Assembly: GCA_903834625.1 (NCBI GenBank)
Contig: CAILJQ010000002.1
Coordinates: 2,980-66,979, forward strand
Direction of reading: 5' to 3'
Length of the DNA: 64,000 nt
Source of the DNA: an uncultured Bacteroidota bacterium
GTDB lineage: Bacteria; Bacteroidota; Bacteroidia; UKL13-3
The position numbers and the translations under genes are program-made. The notes under the pieces were generated by a model. The model ran no database searches, was not told where the DNA came from, and saw only the letters and a program-made list of their open reading frames with translations. How positions within the stretch are numbered: position 1 is the first letter of the stretch; every line of letters starts with the position of its first letter. Positions 1 through 10,518 of this stretch are shown here, piece after piece.

Positions 1-2
1 GT

Positions 3-197
3 AGTGCCCAAATAACTTACCACTATCAAGTGGAAGAACTTATAGGAAAACAAATTATAGGGGTTATTAACTTCAAGCCTAAGCAAATTGCCCAATTTAT
101 GTCGGAGTTTTTGGTAACAGGATTCGCAGATGAAAGTGGACACATTGTGCTAAGTGAGCCACATAAAAAGGTTCCAAACGGAAGTAAACTCATATAA
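3..197 (+). CDS. csaA: tRNA-binding/export chaperone CsaA family, 3' fragment (5' end outside window)
   Basis: Manual translation of frame 3: SAQITYHYQVEELIGKQIIGVINFKPKQIAQFMSEFLVTGFADESGHIVLSEPHKKVPNGSKLI*, matching the CsaA/YgjH OB-fold C-terminus. Confidence 0.85.
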   Translation, partial: SAQITYHYQVEELIGKQIIGVINFKPKQIAQFMSEFLVTGFADESGHIVLSEPHKKVPNGSKLI

Positions 198-202
198 GCT
201 TT

Positions 203-212
203 GGTTCAAACC
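203..212. repeat. Dispersed near-palindrome copy 1 (GGTTCAAACC), intergenic
   Basis: Exact match to GGTTCRRACC between the csaA stop and the rluA-family start. Confidence 0.8.
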
Positions 213-237
213 TATATAATTTACTTACCTTCGCGCC

Positions 238-963
238 ATGGATAAACCCAAGGTAATCCCTTTCAAAGAAATGATCATCATGGAAGACGAGCATTTTGTC
301 TTCATCAATAAACCGGCTCATTACTCTTCTTTAGATGACAGGCATGGCGATGTTTTCTCTATTATTAGACAAGCAAAAAAACACGACCCAAATTTGCAAT
401 TATGCCATAGGTTAGACAAAGAAACCAGTGGTTTATTGGTAATTGCCAAAAATGAAATGGTTTATAGAGAAATGGCCATGTTGTTTGAAAAACGTCAGGT
501 AATGAAAATATACCATGCAGTTTGTATGGGCATACTAAATGTTGAGCAACAAAGCATCCAATTGCCTTTGGGTCAGACCGCCAAAGGTATTGCCAAAATT
601 GACATGAAGGAGGGAAAATTATCTGAAACTTTGGTGAGCACCTTAAAAAACTACAGACATTATTCACTACTTGCCTGCATGCCAATAACTGGTAGATTAC
701 ATCAAATTAGAATTCATTTAGCCTCCCAAAATTTTCCCTTGGTTGCAGATGAAACTTATGGGGGTAAGAAGCCATTTTTATCTGAAATAAAGCCACGCTT
801 TAAGGAAGGAAAATGGGAAAATGAAGAGCCTATGATGAAGCGAGTAGCTTTACATGCCTATTCAATGCATTTTAATCTTTTTGAAAAGGACTACCATGTG
901 GTAGCACCTTATCCAAAAGACTTTATGGTATTAATCAAACAACTCGAAAAATTCGATAGTTAA
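238..963 (+). CDS. RluA family pseudouridine synthase
   Basis: NKP, HRLDKETSG (catalytic Asp), TGRLHQIRIH and LHAY motifs. Confidence 0.95.
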   Translation: MDKPKVIPFKEMIIMEDEHFVFINKPAHYSSLDDRHGDVFSIIRQAKKHDPNLQLCHRLDKETSGLLVIAKNEMVYREMAMLFEKRQVMKIYHAVCMGILNVEQQSIQLPLGQTAKGIAKIDMKEGKLSETLVSTLKNYRHYSLLACMPITGRLHQIRIHLASQNFPLVADETYGGKKPFLSEIKPRFKEGKWENEEPMMKRVALHAYSMHFNLFEKDYHVVAPYPKDFMVLIKQLEKFDS

Positions 964-3446
964 TCTACCTTCTTATCGGTTTCAGACAAGCCACTTGCAA
1001 AATTAATGGGATTACTTACTTGCTCTTTTAACAAGGCAAAATCAAGCACCTCATGCATTTCTTTCACGTAGGTAATATTTAAATCATTGAGGTAATCACC
1101 TTTAATTTCAAGGATATCTTTTCTGTTGGCCTCACAGAGTAAAATATCTTTGATACCTGCTCTTTTGGCTGCTAAAATTTTTTCTTTTACACCACCTATT
1201 GGAAGCACCTTACCTCTTAGCGTAATCTCACCTGTCATAGCCAAATGAGGGCGAACCTTTCTTTGGGTGTAAACAGAGGCTAAAGAAGTTAACATGGTAA
1301 CTCCAGCAGATGGTCCATCCTTAGGAACAGCACCTGCAGGAACATGAATATGCAAATCGTATTGATCAAATATGCGCGGGTCAATAGCTAGTTTTTCGTA
1401 ATTGGCTTTCAAATAACTTAAAGCAGTAATGGCAGATTCTTTCATTACCTCACCTAAATGACCTGTAAGGGTAAGTTTACCTTTTCCTTTAGACAAGATA
1501 CTTTCTACAAATAGGATCTCTCCTCCTACACTTGTCCAAGCCAAACCAGTAACAACACCAGCAACTTCATTTCCTTGGTACATTTCTTTTTCACCTCTAT
1601 CTGCACCCAAAATGGTAACTACCATTTCTTCATCTACTTTTTTGCTGTATTTCTTTTGCATCACCTTCTCGCGGGCCACATGACGGGCGATAGAGGCAAT
1701 TTGCTTTTCTAAACCACGCACGCCACTTTCGCGGGTATATCCATCTACAATTTTCTTTAATGCCTCTTCGGTAATATCAAAATCTTTGTTCACCAAACCA
1801 TGGTTTTCCTTTTGCTTTGGTATGAGATATTTCTTTGCTATTTGTACCTTCTCTTCTAAAGTATACCCGTTAATTTCAATAATTTCCATTCTATCTAATA
1901 GAGCTGGTTGAATAGTATCTAAAGAGTTGGCAGTAGCAATAAACATAACATGAGAAAGGTCGTACTCAATCTCTACATAGTTATCATAAAAAGTAGAGTT
2001 TTGTTCTGGATCTAATACTTCAAGCAAGGCACTACTAGGGTCGCCTCTAAAGCTCATTCCCATTTTATCTACCTCATCCAATACAAAAACAGGGTTATTG
2101 GTTTTAACTTTTTTCAAGTTTTGAATAACTCTACCAGGCATGGCGCCGATATAAGTTCTACGGTGACCTCTAATTTCGCTTTCATCACTTAATCCGCCCA
2201 AGGCCACACGAGCATATTTACGACCCAATGCTTTTGCAATTGATTTTCCTAAGGAGGTTTTACCCACACCTGGAGGTCCGTATAAGCAAAGAATTGGGCT
2301 CTTCATATTGTTCTTTAATTTAAGAACAGCCAAATATTCAAGGATTCTTTGTTTTACCTTTTCTAAGCCAAAATGGTCTTCGTTTAAGATTTTCTCCGCT
2401 CTTTTTAAATCAAAATTATCTTTTGAGTAATCACCCCAAGGCAAGTCTAGTAAGAGTTGCAGATAGCTTAATTGAATGCTGTAATCTGGCGCCATTGGGT
2501 TGGTTCTGCGTAAACGCTCAACTTCTTTTGCAAAGGCCTCTCCTACTTTTGTATCCCATTTTTTATTGTTTGCTGCAATAAGGAGGTTTTCAATATCGCG
2601 CTCTGGAGAATCGCCACCTAATTCTTCTTGTATGGCTTTGATTTGTTGCTGTAAGAAAAAATCACGTTGTTGTTTATCCAAATCTCCACGAACCTTGCTT
2701 TCTATTTGGGCTTTGATTTCAGCAAATTGATAATCTTTCTTCAAGGCTTCTAATACCTTTTGTGCGCGAGTTTTATAAGGAACCTCCTCAAGGATGGCTT
2801 GTTTAACCTGAATTTCTGAATTCAAATTTGAAGCAACAAAATTTACTAAAAAGGTTGGACTCTTAATTTTATTCACCGCACTTGCAGCCTCACTTGGCAT
2901 GTGCGGCGACATATTGATAATTTTCTGAGAAAAATCTTTGATAGATTCTGCCAATGCTTTTGATTCTTCATCGGCCACAAAATCTGGTTCAGAAAGCGAT
3001 AAAATATTGGCTTTTAAATAGGGTTCCTCTTGAATAAGGTTATTGATTTTAAAACTTCTTTTACCTTGAATTACCGCCATGGTGCTACCATCAGGCATTT
3101 TAATCATACGCAAAATGGAAGCTACAGTACCAATTTCATATAAATCTGTGAGCACAGGCTCCTCAATATCAGCAGATTTTTGAGCCACTACACCCACCAA
3201 TTTGTTCTGGGTTTTATAGGCTTCCTTTAATAATTGAATAGACTTATCTCGAGCAACTGTTATGGGCATAACAACACCTGGAAACAAAATGGTATTGCGA
3301 AGCGGTAAAATTGGCAGACTTTCAGGCAAATTTTCCTTGTTCATCTGGTCTTCTTCCTCTTGGCTCAGCAAGGAAATGAAGTCAGAACTCTCGTTCTCAT
3401 CGTTAATTATATTACTTAAAATCAATCTATCGTGCATTTTTCCCAT
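960..3446 (-). CDS. lon: ATP-dependent protease La (Lon)
   Basis: LON N-domain, Walker A GPPGVGKTS, catalytic KDGPSAG and GGVKEK. Confidence 0.98.
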   Translation of the reverse strand: MGKMHDRLILSNIINDENESSDFISLLSQEEEDQMNKENLPESLPILPLRNTILFPGVVMPITVARDKSIQLLKEAYKTQNKLVGVVAQKSADIEEPVLTDLYEIGTVASILRMIKMPDGSTMAVIQGKRSFKINNLIQEEPYLKANILSLSEPDFVADEESKALAESIKDFSQKIINMSPHMPSEAASAVNKIKSPTFLVNFVASNLNSEIQVKQAILEEVPYKTRAQKVLEALKKDYQFAEIKAQIESKVRGDLDKQQRDFFLQQQIKAIQEELGGDSPERDIENLLIAANNKKWDTKVGEAFAKEVERLRRTNPMAPDYSIQLSYLQLLLDLPWGDYSKDNFDLKRAEKILNEDHFGLEKVKQRILEYLAVLKLKNNMKSPILCLYGPPGVGKTSLGKSIAKALGRKYARVALGGLSDESEIRGHRRTYIGAMPGRVIQNLKKVKTNNPVFVLDEVDKMGMSFRGDPSSALLEVLDPEQNSTFYDNYVEIEYDLSHVMFIATANSLDTIQPALLDRMEIIEINGYTLEEKVQIAKKYLIPKQKENHGLVNKDFDITEEALKKIVDGYTRESGVRGLEKQIASIARHVAREKVMQKKYSKKVDEEMVVTILGADRGEKEMYQGNEVAGVVTGLAWTSVGGEILFVESILSKGKGKLTLTGHLGEVMKESAITALSYLKANYEKLAIDPRIFDQYDLHIHVPAGAVPKDGPSAGVTMLTSLASVYTQRKVRPHLAMTGEITLRGKVLPIGGVKEKILAAKRAGIKDILLCEANRKDILEIKGDYLNDLNITYVKEMHEVLDFALLKEQVSNPINFASGLSETDKKVD

Positions 3447-3502
3447 GAATTATAATGTATCTGCCTAATTGGCGACGTGTGTATGAATCAATACCCGTGC
3501 CA

Positions 3503-4249
3503 TTAGCCGCCAACCTGACCAAAATACCTGTCTACTAAAATAGCGCTTGCCATGGCAGCATTCAAGCTTTCGGCGGCTCCTCTTTTTTCAATTGTTACAA
3601 AATTTGATATGAAGGGCTTTAATAGAGGGTTTATTCCTGCACCCTCATTGCCAATTAACAATATCATACTTTCAGGAAATGAAAATTTAGAAGCAGGAAT
3701 ACCTTGCATATCTGCTGCCACAATGGGCAATTTTGTTTGGCTGAACCAAACTGACAAGTCGCCATATAGTACCTTAACCCTACCAATAGAGCCCATGGTT
3801 GATTGTACTACTTTGTTATTAAAGCAATCAACGGTTTGAACCGAGGCCAAAATGGTTGAAATACCATACCAATCGGCCAACCGGATGATGGTCCCTAGAT
3901 TTCCTGGATCTTGAAGGGTATCCACCGCCAAAACTAACCCAGATAAATCATTGAGGTTAAAACTTGGTTCAGGCATGTTAAATACTCCTATTACCTCCCT
4001 AGAATTCTGCAGCTGACTAATGGAATCCATTTCCTTTTGGTTTACAACCGTAAGCGGAAATTTAGTGTATTGGTTTGAACCAGCTTGGTCAAACAAAGCA
4101 TCTAAAGCGTAAATATGGTGGACTTGCAAATTTGACGATATTAAATCCGACACGGTTTTATTACCTTCGGCAACAAATAATTTATTTGCGTATCGAATAT
4201 TCTTTTCCCCAAGTGATTTAACAAATTTGATATCTGCTTTGCTTAACAT
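3503..4249 (-). CDS. TrmH/SpoU family RNA 2'-O-methyltransferase (start reassigned to the ATG at 4249)
   Basis: QDPGNLGTIIR, GNEGAG and ESLNAAMA SPOUT motifs; MLSKADIK is the plausible N-terminus. Confidence 0.92.
   Translation of the reverse strand: MLSKADIKFVKSLGEKNIRYANKLFVAEGNKTVSDLISSNLQVHHIYALDALFDQAGSNQYTKFPLTVVNQKEMDSISQLQNSREVIGVFNMPEPSFNLNDLSGLVLAVDTLQDPGNLGTIIRLADWYGISTILASVQTVDCFNNKVVQSTMGSIGRVKVLYGDLSVWFSQTKLPIVAADMQGIPASKFSFPESMILLIGNEGAGINPLLKPFISNFVTIEKRGAAESLNAAMASAILVDRYFGQVGG
3833..3842. repeat. Dispersed near-palindrome copy 2 (cGGTTTGAACCg)
   Basis: Exact motif inside the TrmH-family CDS (encodes SVQT). Confidence 0.8.
4072..4081. repeat. Dispersed near-palindrome copy 3 (tGGTTTGAACCa)
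   Basis: Exact motif inside the TrmH-family CDS (encodes GSNQ). Confidence 0.8.
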
Positions 4250-6551
4250 ACGAACTGGTTTACGATTACTTCTGCTTTTAGGGGTTGTGCAGGCATGCAA
4301 TTTACCAAAACTTGCAAGAAAAGAAGGACCTTTTCTTTATAAAAATCAAATTCAAATTGAAGAAAGTAAAGAAGCCCGATTGTTTACGAGTAATTTAGAT
4401 GAATACATCAAACAAAGGCCCAATAAAAGATTATTTTTTACAAGTAGGTTTGGCCTGCGTTTTTACAAAATGGGCTACAAAAACCCAGATAGCCGAATAG
4501 GAAGGACCTTACAAACTAAATTAGGTGAAGCACCCGTAATTCTAGATTCTAGCTTAATTGAGGCCTCCATTAGGGGTATGAAAGGCTTTCTTAAAACTCA
4601 AGGGTATTATTACCCAGAAATCACCTTTGAGGTGAAAGGGAAAATTCATAAGAAGGTGGTAGTTTACAAAGTTAAAACAGGCAAGGCTTACCATATTTAT
4701 CGCACTGAATTGCATATTGCCGATAAAAAACTTGATTCACTTGTTACCTCCTCTGCAGAGTTCTCCCATATCCGTTTAGGGAATAGGGTATATTTTGAAA
4801 ATATGTTAAAGGAAAAGAACAGAATCAATGAGTTGCTTAGGAACAATGGTTACTTTTCTTTTCAAAAAGACATCATCAAGTTCGACGTGGATACAGCCAT
4901 GGGTGATTTTCATGCCAATATTGCCCCCAACATTCCTAATCCAGAAAATTTCAAGCGTTATAAAACATACCATATAAGGGCCATTTCACTCGAAATTGAA
5001 AATGAGGAGGAAGACAGCCTCCACATTGGTTCAGACAGTTTAGTTACGAATCTTTTTGTTTTTAAGCATAATGGCTTCCCGCTAAATCCTGAAATTTTAG
5101 ACCGAGTTGTTTTGTTTGAACCAGGCAACTTGTTCAGCAATGAAATATCAAATACTACCTTTAGTCGTTTAAATGAACTGCAGTTATTCAGATCTGTTAA
5201 CATGACCGCTATTCCTATTCATGAAGAAACAGATACCCCTGGAATTAATTATGTTATTAAACTCCAACCAAGTAAGAAATATGATTTCACCTTTGAACCA
5301 CAAGCCATCACTTCAGATCAATCTAACTTGGTAACTGGATCAACGGGTAGAAATTATGGATTGGCCTCTCAAATCACCTTCTCAAATAAAAACATCTTCC
5401 ACAATGCTGAGATTTTGCAATTATCGTATCGCATTTCTGTTGAAGCACAAAGAGGAGAAAACATTCCCAAAAGGCCTATATTTAATAGCTATGAATCTAA
5501 CCTAAGTGCCACCCTCATTTTCCCCAAATTATTGTTCTTACGTAAACTAGATAAAACTTGGATCAACTCAACCAACCGAAGCTCTTTAAGTGCATCTACC
5601 ATTTACGAGAAAAATGTTAACTGGATTAGAAATGTTTATGGACTCTCTTTCACATGGCAGAAGAACAAAAAATATTTCAACCAATATTTTACACCAGCAG
5701 AAGTTAGTTATATAAAAACCAATTTTAACAGTGTTGAACTAGAGGAGCAAAGTAAAGGAGACCCTTATTTACAAAGTGTTTTTAGCAATAACTTGGTTAC
5801 CGGATCTAGGTATGGGTTTATTTATAACAATCAATCTGACCCGAGAAAAAAACACTTTACCTATATAAAATGGGATGTTATTGAATTGGCGGGAACCTTT
5901 ATTAACCAAGCATATAAACTCTTTAATATTGCTCCTTCTGATAGTGGATACAATACATTTTTTGGTGTACAGTATTTTCAATTTGCCAAAACAAACGCTG
6001 ATTTAAGATATAACAGATACCTAGACGAAAACAACAGATTGGCATCTAGGTTAGGCATAGGTATAGCATTACCATTTGGCAATTCTCCAGAGTATGTGCC
6101 TTTTGATAAGAGATTTTTTACTGGCGGGGCTAATAGTATTCGTGCCTTTTTACCTAGGTCAATTGGTCCTGGATCTTATGACACCATTGGTAGCCTCGAC
6201 CGAAGTGGGGATGTGAAATTAGAAATGAATTTGGAACATCGCTTTAATATTTTAAACCATTTTATTGAAGGTGCAATCTTTGTAGATGCAGGAAATATTT
6301 GGAGAATAAAGGATGATGGAAGGAAGGATGCGGTTTTTGCATTTAACAATTTCTACAAGCAGCTTGCTGTTGGAACTGGCTTGGGGGTTCGTTTAAACAT
6401 GGACTTTTTAATCCTACGCGTAGATGCTTCTTTCCCTATTTTAGACCCAAGGAAAGTGGAAGGATCAAGGTATGTTTTAGGAACCTATAGTAATGTAGGT
6501 TTGTTATGGCAAAACACCATTTTTAACTTTGGTGTTGGGTATCCTTTTTAA
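4227..6551 (+). CDS. tamL: Omp85/BamA-TamA family outer-membrane lipoprotein (TamL-like); start TTG 4227 or 4239
   Basis: Lipobox VVQA-C, POTRA-like region, GGANSIRAF loop motif, FVDAGNIW, C-terminal GVGYPF. Confidence 0.85.
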   Translation: MISALLNIRTGLRLLLLLGVVQACNLPKLARKEGPFLYKNQIQIEESKEARLFTSNLDEYIKQRPNKRLFFTSRFGLRFYKMGYKNPDSRIGRTLQTKLGEAPVILDSSLIEASIRGMKGFLKTQGYYYPEITFEVKGKIHKKVVVYKVKTGKAYHIYRTELHIADKKLDSLVTSSAEFSHIRLGNRVYFENMLKEKNRINELLRNNGYFSFQKDIIKFDVDTAMGDFHANIAPNIPNPENFKRYKTYHIRAISLEIENEEEDSLHIGSDSLVTNLFVFKHNGFPLNPEILDRVVLFEPGNLFSNEISNTTFSRLNELQLFRSVNMTAIPIHEETDTPGINYVIKLQPSKKYDFTFEPQAITSDQSNLVTGSTGRNYGLASQITFSNKNIFHNAEILQLSYRISVEAQRGENIPKRPIFNSYESNLSATLIFPKLLFLRKLDKTWINSTNRSSLSASTIYEKNVNWIRNVYGLSFTWQKNKKYFNQYFTPAEVSYIKTNFNSVELEEQSKGDPYLQSVFSNNLVTGSRYGFIYNNQSDPRKKHFTYIKWDVIELAGTFINQAYKLFNIAPSDSGYNTFFGVQYFQFAKTNADLRYNRYLDENNRLASRLGIGIALPFGNSPEYVPFDKRFFTGGANSIRAFLPRSIGPGSYDTIGSLDRSGDVKLEMNLEHRFNILNHFIEGAIFVDAGNIWRIKDDGRKDAVFAFNNFYKQLAVGTGLGVRLNMDFLILRVDASFPILDPRKVEGSRYVLGTYSNVGLLWQNTIFNFGVGYPF

Positions 6552-6553
6552 GT

Positions 6554-9500
6554 TTATTCTTCTCTTAAAAGGGTAATTGTGCCATGCATGGTTTTTGGCT
6601 CGTTGTCGTTTGACATTTGGTATTTAAAAGCAAAGAAATAAGTCCCTTCAGGGCAATCAGCACCTGTATTAAAATTCTTTCCATTCCAATTGATTCCATC
6701 GTTTCCAAACCCGTCTTTTTCGCTATCATACACCTTATTTCCCCAGCGATTGTAAATAACCAAGTTGTATAATTTGTATCCAACGATATCAATATCAAAT
6801 GCATCATTTAATTCGTCGTTATTTGGTGTAAATACATTTGGAACAATTAAGCGCATTTCTGCTGGCAAGGTAAGCTTGCAAATACTATCAAAACAATCTT
6901 GGTTGTTATAGGCCTTTAAACAAACTACAAAAGAGCCTGTATCACCAGCATAACTGTGGGTAGGATTTTCAAGGGTACTAAAGTTTTTAGATCCACTTCT
7001 AGGGTGCCCAAAATCCCATTCGTAACGGGTGGCCTGAACCGATTTATTGACAAACTTAATGAGAGGTAATTGGCTTTGATCCAAATCAAAATCGGCTTTT
7101 ACATCTACAACTGTGATATTTTTAAAGGCAGTATCTGTACATTGAGATGAGGGCATTATAGGATACATCTTTGCCCTAAAGGTTTGCAAGGAATAATAGG
7201 TGTAGGTTAAGGTGGTATCTGGGTATAAAGTTTGCCTTAATTTACCTGTATCACCAGGCAACCAACCAAAACCCGCAACCAATTTTTCTGGGTGAGCAAT
7301 CATTTTAAATGGCACGCCAATACATACCGTATCTGGAGCCTCAAGCGCTGCCCTTGCAGATTCAATTACTCTAATCGTTCTCTTTGGAGAGTTGGCATTT
7401 ACTGAATCTGGGAATACTGCATAACATGTTTTGTATTGCCCAGTTAATGGATTAAAAATGGTATCCTCTCCTACTACATAAAGTTTGTAAATACCACCTT
7501 TGGTGTATACATGCTTAACATTAGTATCTAGCTGCGTACTCGCCGTTGCATTGTTCTGGTCTCTGAAATACCAAATCCAATTGACTAAGGGATACCCAGT
7601 GGTATTCTTTAAATTAACCTCAAAAGGTGCACAACCCACGGTATCAGAAACAATATCGAACTTGGGCCGTGGACCATCAATCCAAATGGGGATTTCAGCA
7701 GAATCTATACAACCATAAATGGTTTGAGCAACTAACTTAACAGGGTAGGTCCCATTTGATGTATAATCATGTACAGGGTTTTGTAATAAGCTGGGAAGTT
7801 TGTTATCCCCAAAACTCCAACTCCAAAATTTGATACTATCATAAGGGGCTTGGCCATACAAACTACTTGAGTCGAAATAAAGAGATTGATCCGTAAACGA
7901 TAAAATTTGAGGAGCACATAAATACCTTGGCTGCATAGGTTTTATGGCTGCTTTTACATCTACCACCTTCAGAGTTGTGCCAAGGGCAAATGTATCTCTA
8001 CATCCTAAACTATCAACAGCCACCATTCTTAACTTATAATTGCCTACCCTGTTATACAAATGTAAGGGCAATCCTCCAGATTGAGAATATCCTCCACCAT
8101 CGCCAAAATCCCAATATAATTGCTCCTTACCTGCTGCAGCCCTTGTTGGATCACGCCAATATTTTGTAGACGAATTGTAATAAGAAACATCGTCAATTAA
8201 TAAAGCAGAATCATCTAAACAAACCACAGGTTTATCAAACCTAAAGGAGCGCAAAAAGCCAAAGAACATATTTTGCTCGTATGACTTAGCACAGTCTCGA
8301 GTATTGACAATTGAAACACTAATCTTTTTAACACCAGGTGTGGTGTAGGTATAATACTGACTTGGAATGATAGAATCGGTTGGACCAAAGTTCAATGTTC
8401 TTGAACCCCCTGGGGCACCAAAGCTAATGATGACCGTTTTTAAACTATCTTGTATTGAATCTGCAAATGATAACTTTACAGACCAAGGTCCACAACCTGT
8501 ATTGGTTCTTACTGCTGTGAACATTGGATTTATTGGAAAAAACTTAAACATGTGATGGTACCAAGCAGTATCAAAACAATCGTTGCCATTTTTGTCCTTG
8601 CCATTTTTAATTATTAGCCCAACTGTCACATATCCTCTTGGGTCGCATGTGGTATTGTATGACCATGCAAAAGTGTTTGCAAAGGTATCAATGGGTGTCC
8701 AAGCGGCATTTGGGCAAACAGAATCTAGCATGATCCATGCCAACTCCCTGCCACATTTAGGCAATGTTTCGTCTAAATAGAAGGTAATGGTTTGATCCAA
8801 ACATGGCTTTTGAATTTTGTGATATAATCCCCTTCTAATAGGTGTGGCGGTGCTGTCCCAACCAGCGTCTGGCTGAGTAAGTTTCATTGGGGTGCTACTG
8901 GTATCTGAGCAACCAGTTACGGCATCGTATAATATGAGTTTAGGAAAATAACATTGATCTTCACCATCCTTATATTTGTGTTTAACATAGCTACTATCCT
9001 TACTATATCTACAATTCACGCCAACATTAATTCCATTTTTTGTATCGGTGGTACAATTGGGTGCAAAGGCATCATCAAAATCCCACAATCGGTACATCGG
9101 GCCATTGTTATAAAAGCATGAGTGGTCTCCCGCTGGATTTCTAAAATAGGTAGTATCATGTACCTCACATTGGATACTATTTCTTACCGGATCAGGCCTT
9201 GTTTCAATGGCCGATTTTGGTCCAAATATTTTTACCGTTGTATCAGTTTTAACAAAGCAATTTCCTAACCTTACGTACATCCTAAACTCAAACTCACCAC
9301 AATCTGGAAAACTAATGGAATCGGAATAAACGTTAACAATGGTATCAATTCTAACAGGATTTCCCACTTTATAAATAGCCCAAAACACTTGCGAAGCGCC
9401 TGGGTAAAAGTTCTTAGATGAATATCTGAACCCATTACCATAATAACAAGTACTGGTTTGGTTCAAGTAAATTAAACTATCTATGACATAATTTTCGGCT

Positions 9501-10345
9501 GCTGGAAAAAACACTGCGGTATCTCTGCAACCATTTTTGTCTTCTACATAAAGTTTAGCGGTGAAAATACCAGTGGTTGTATAGTTATGAACAAAGCCAG
9601 TCCATGGACTAGTAGCTGTAGATCCATCTCCAAAGTCCCAGGTGTAGGAGTTCACCAATGATTGAGGAATTTTACTTGTATTGGTATATGTAGAAGGTGT
9701 TTTACCACATTGGGTGGTATAGTTGGTCCTAAAACTCACTTCCTGCATTTTAGCAAAGACAGTAACATAGTCTTTTCTCTCTTTCCTACTCATGCAATTA
9801 TTTGCATCCGTTACCTCTAAAACAAGCGTATAAAGACCCCCAAGCGGATTGGTGTATGAATGGCAAATGGTATTCCCTGTTCCAGGTGCTTGGTTACTAA
9901 AGCCCCCATCACCATAGAGAAAGAGTCGAGATGTAATAGCTGCGTTATCTAAACCTGGTGCAGAGATATCATTCATGCAAATATTATTCCCTCTAAAACA
10001 TTGGGTTAAAGGAGTAGTCACTGAAAAATCTGCCTTTGGATTATCTACTACTTGAATGGTATCGCCAGAGACCGTGCAGGAACCGCCACTTGCAAAATTT
10101 ACAGTAACAGTAGGCACAAATTTACCCCTAGCTGGATATTGGTATACAGGGCTGGCCTGACTGCTGGTAGCAGCATTGCCAAAATTCCATGAAAAGGAAT
10201 TTGCTGTAAAACCAGGGTCGTAGGTAACTGTAAATAAAAGAGTATTACCCAAACAAACCTTGTTGGTGGCTACTACTATTTTACAATTTTGGGCAAAAGT
10301 AATTCCAGAAAGTAAAACAAAAACTAGAGGCAGGATTTTTCTCAT
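6554..10345 (-). CDS. Multi-PKD-domain surface protein with T9SS type B (gliding-motility-associated) C-terminal domain
   Basis: Signal peptide, repeated WDFGDG PKD motifs, C-terminal VPNVFTPNND...IYNRWG...GTYFF...GTITLLR. Confidence 0.9.
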   Translation of the reverse strand: MRKILPLVFVLLSGITFAQNCKIVVATNKVCLGNTLLFTVTYDPGFTANSFSWNFGNAATSSQASPVYQYPARGKFVPTVTVNFASGGSCTVSGDTIQVVDNPKADFSVTTPLTQCFRGNNICMNDISAPGLDNAAITSRLFLYGDGGFSNQAPGTGNTICHSYTNPLGGLYTLVLEVTDANNCMSRKERKDYVTVFAKMQEVSFRTNYTTQCGKTPSTYTNTSKIPQSLVNSYTWDFGDGSTATSPWTGFVHNYTTTGIFTAKLYVEDKNGCRDTAVFFPAAENYVIDSLIYLNQTSTCYYGNGFRYSSKNFYPGASQVFWAIYKVGNPVRIDTIVNVYSDSISFPDCGEFEFRMYVRLGNCFVKTDTTVKIFGPKSAIETRPDPVRNSIQCEVHDTTYFRNPAGDHSCFYNNGPMYRLWDFDDAFAPNCTTDTKNGINVGVNCRYSKDSSYVKHKYKDGEDQCYFPKLILYDAVTGCSDTSSTPMKLTQPDAGWDSTATPIRRGLYHKIQKPCLDQTITFYLDETLPKCGRELAWIMLDSVCPNAAWTPIDTFANTFAWSYNTTCDPRGYVTVGLIIKNGKDKNGNDCFDTAWYHHMFKFFPINPMFTAVRTNTGCGPWSVKLSFADSIQDSLKTVIISFGAPGGSRTLNFGPTDSIIPSQYYTYTTPGVKKISVSIVNTRDCAKSYEQNMFFGFLRSFRFDKPVVCLDDSALLIDDVSYYNSSTKYWRDPTRAAAGKEQLYWDFGDGGGYSQSGGLPLHLYNRVGNYKLRMVAVDSLGCRDTFALGTTLKVVDVKAAIKPMQPRYLCAPQILSFTDQSLYFDSSSLYGQAPYDSIKFWSWSFGDNKLPSLLQNPVHDYTSNGTYPVKLVAQTIYGCIDSAEIPIWIDGPRPKFDIVSDTVGCAPFEVNLKNTTGYPLVNWIWYFRDQNNATASTQLDTNVKHVYTKGGIYKLYVVGEDTIFNPLTGQYKTCYAVFPDSVNANSPKRTIRVIESARAALEAPDTVCIGVPFKMIAHPEKLVAGFGWLPGDTGKLRQTLYPDTTLTYTYYSLQTFRAKMYPIMPSSQCTDTAFKNITVVDVKADFDLDQSQLPLIKFVNKSVQATRYEWDFGHPRSGSKNFSTLENPTHSYAGDTGSFVVCLKAYNNQDCFDSICKLTLPAEMRLIVPNVFTPNNDELNDAFDIDIVGYKLYNLVIYNRWGNKVYDSEKDGFGNDGINWNGKNFNTGADCPEGTYFFAFKYQMSNDNEPKTMHGTITLLREE

Positions 10346-10502
10346 TCAAAACATATTTCATCGGGAATATAATAAATCTGATCTAATTGGTAGGGTCTAA
10401 ATACCTTATTAAGTCATTTTTAACAGAATTCAGATAGAAGACGCTCAATTTCAACTATTGGTTGCATAAAAGGGCAAGGTTTCCTCACTTTAAAATTTTG
10501 TA

Positions 10503-10510
10503 TATCTTTG
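10503..10510 (+). promoter_or_regulatory. Bacteroidota -7 promoter element TATCTTTG for mtaB
   Basis: Matches TAnnTTTG, 8 nt upstream of the ATG at 10519. Confidence 0.7.
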
Positions 10511-10518
10511 CCGCCCAC

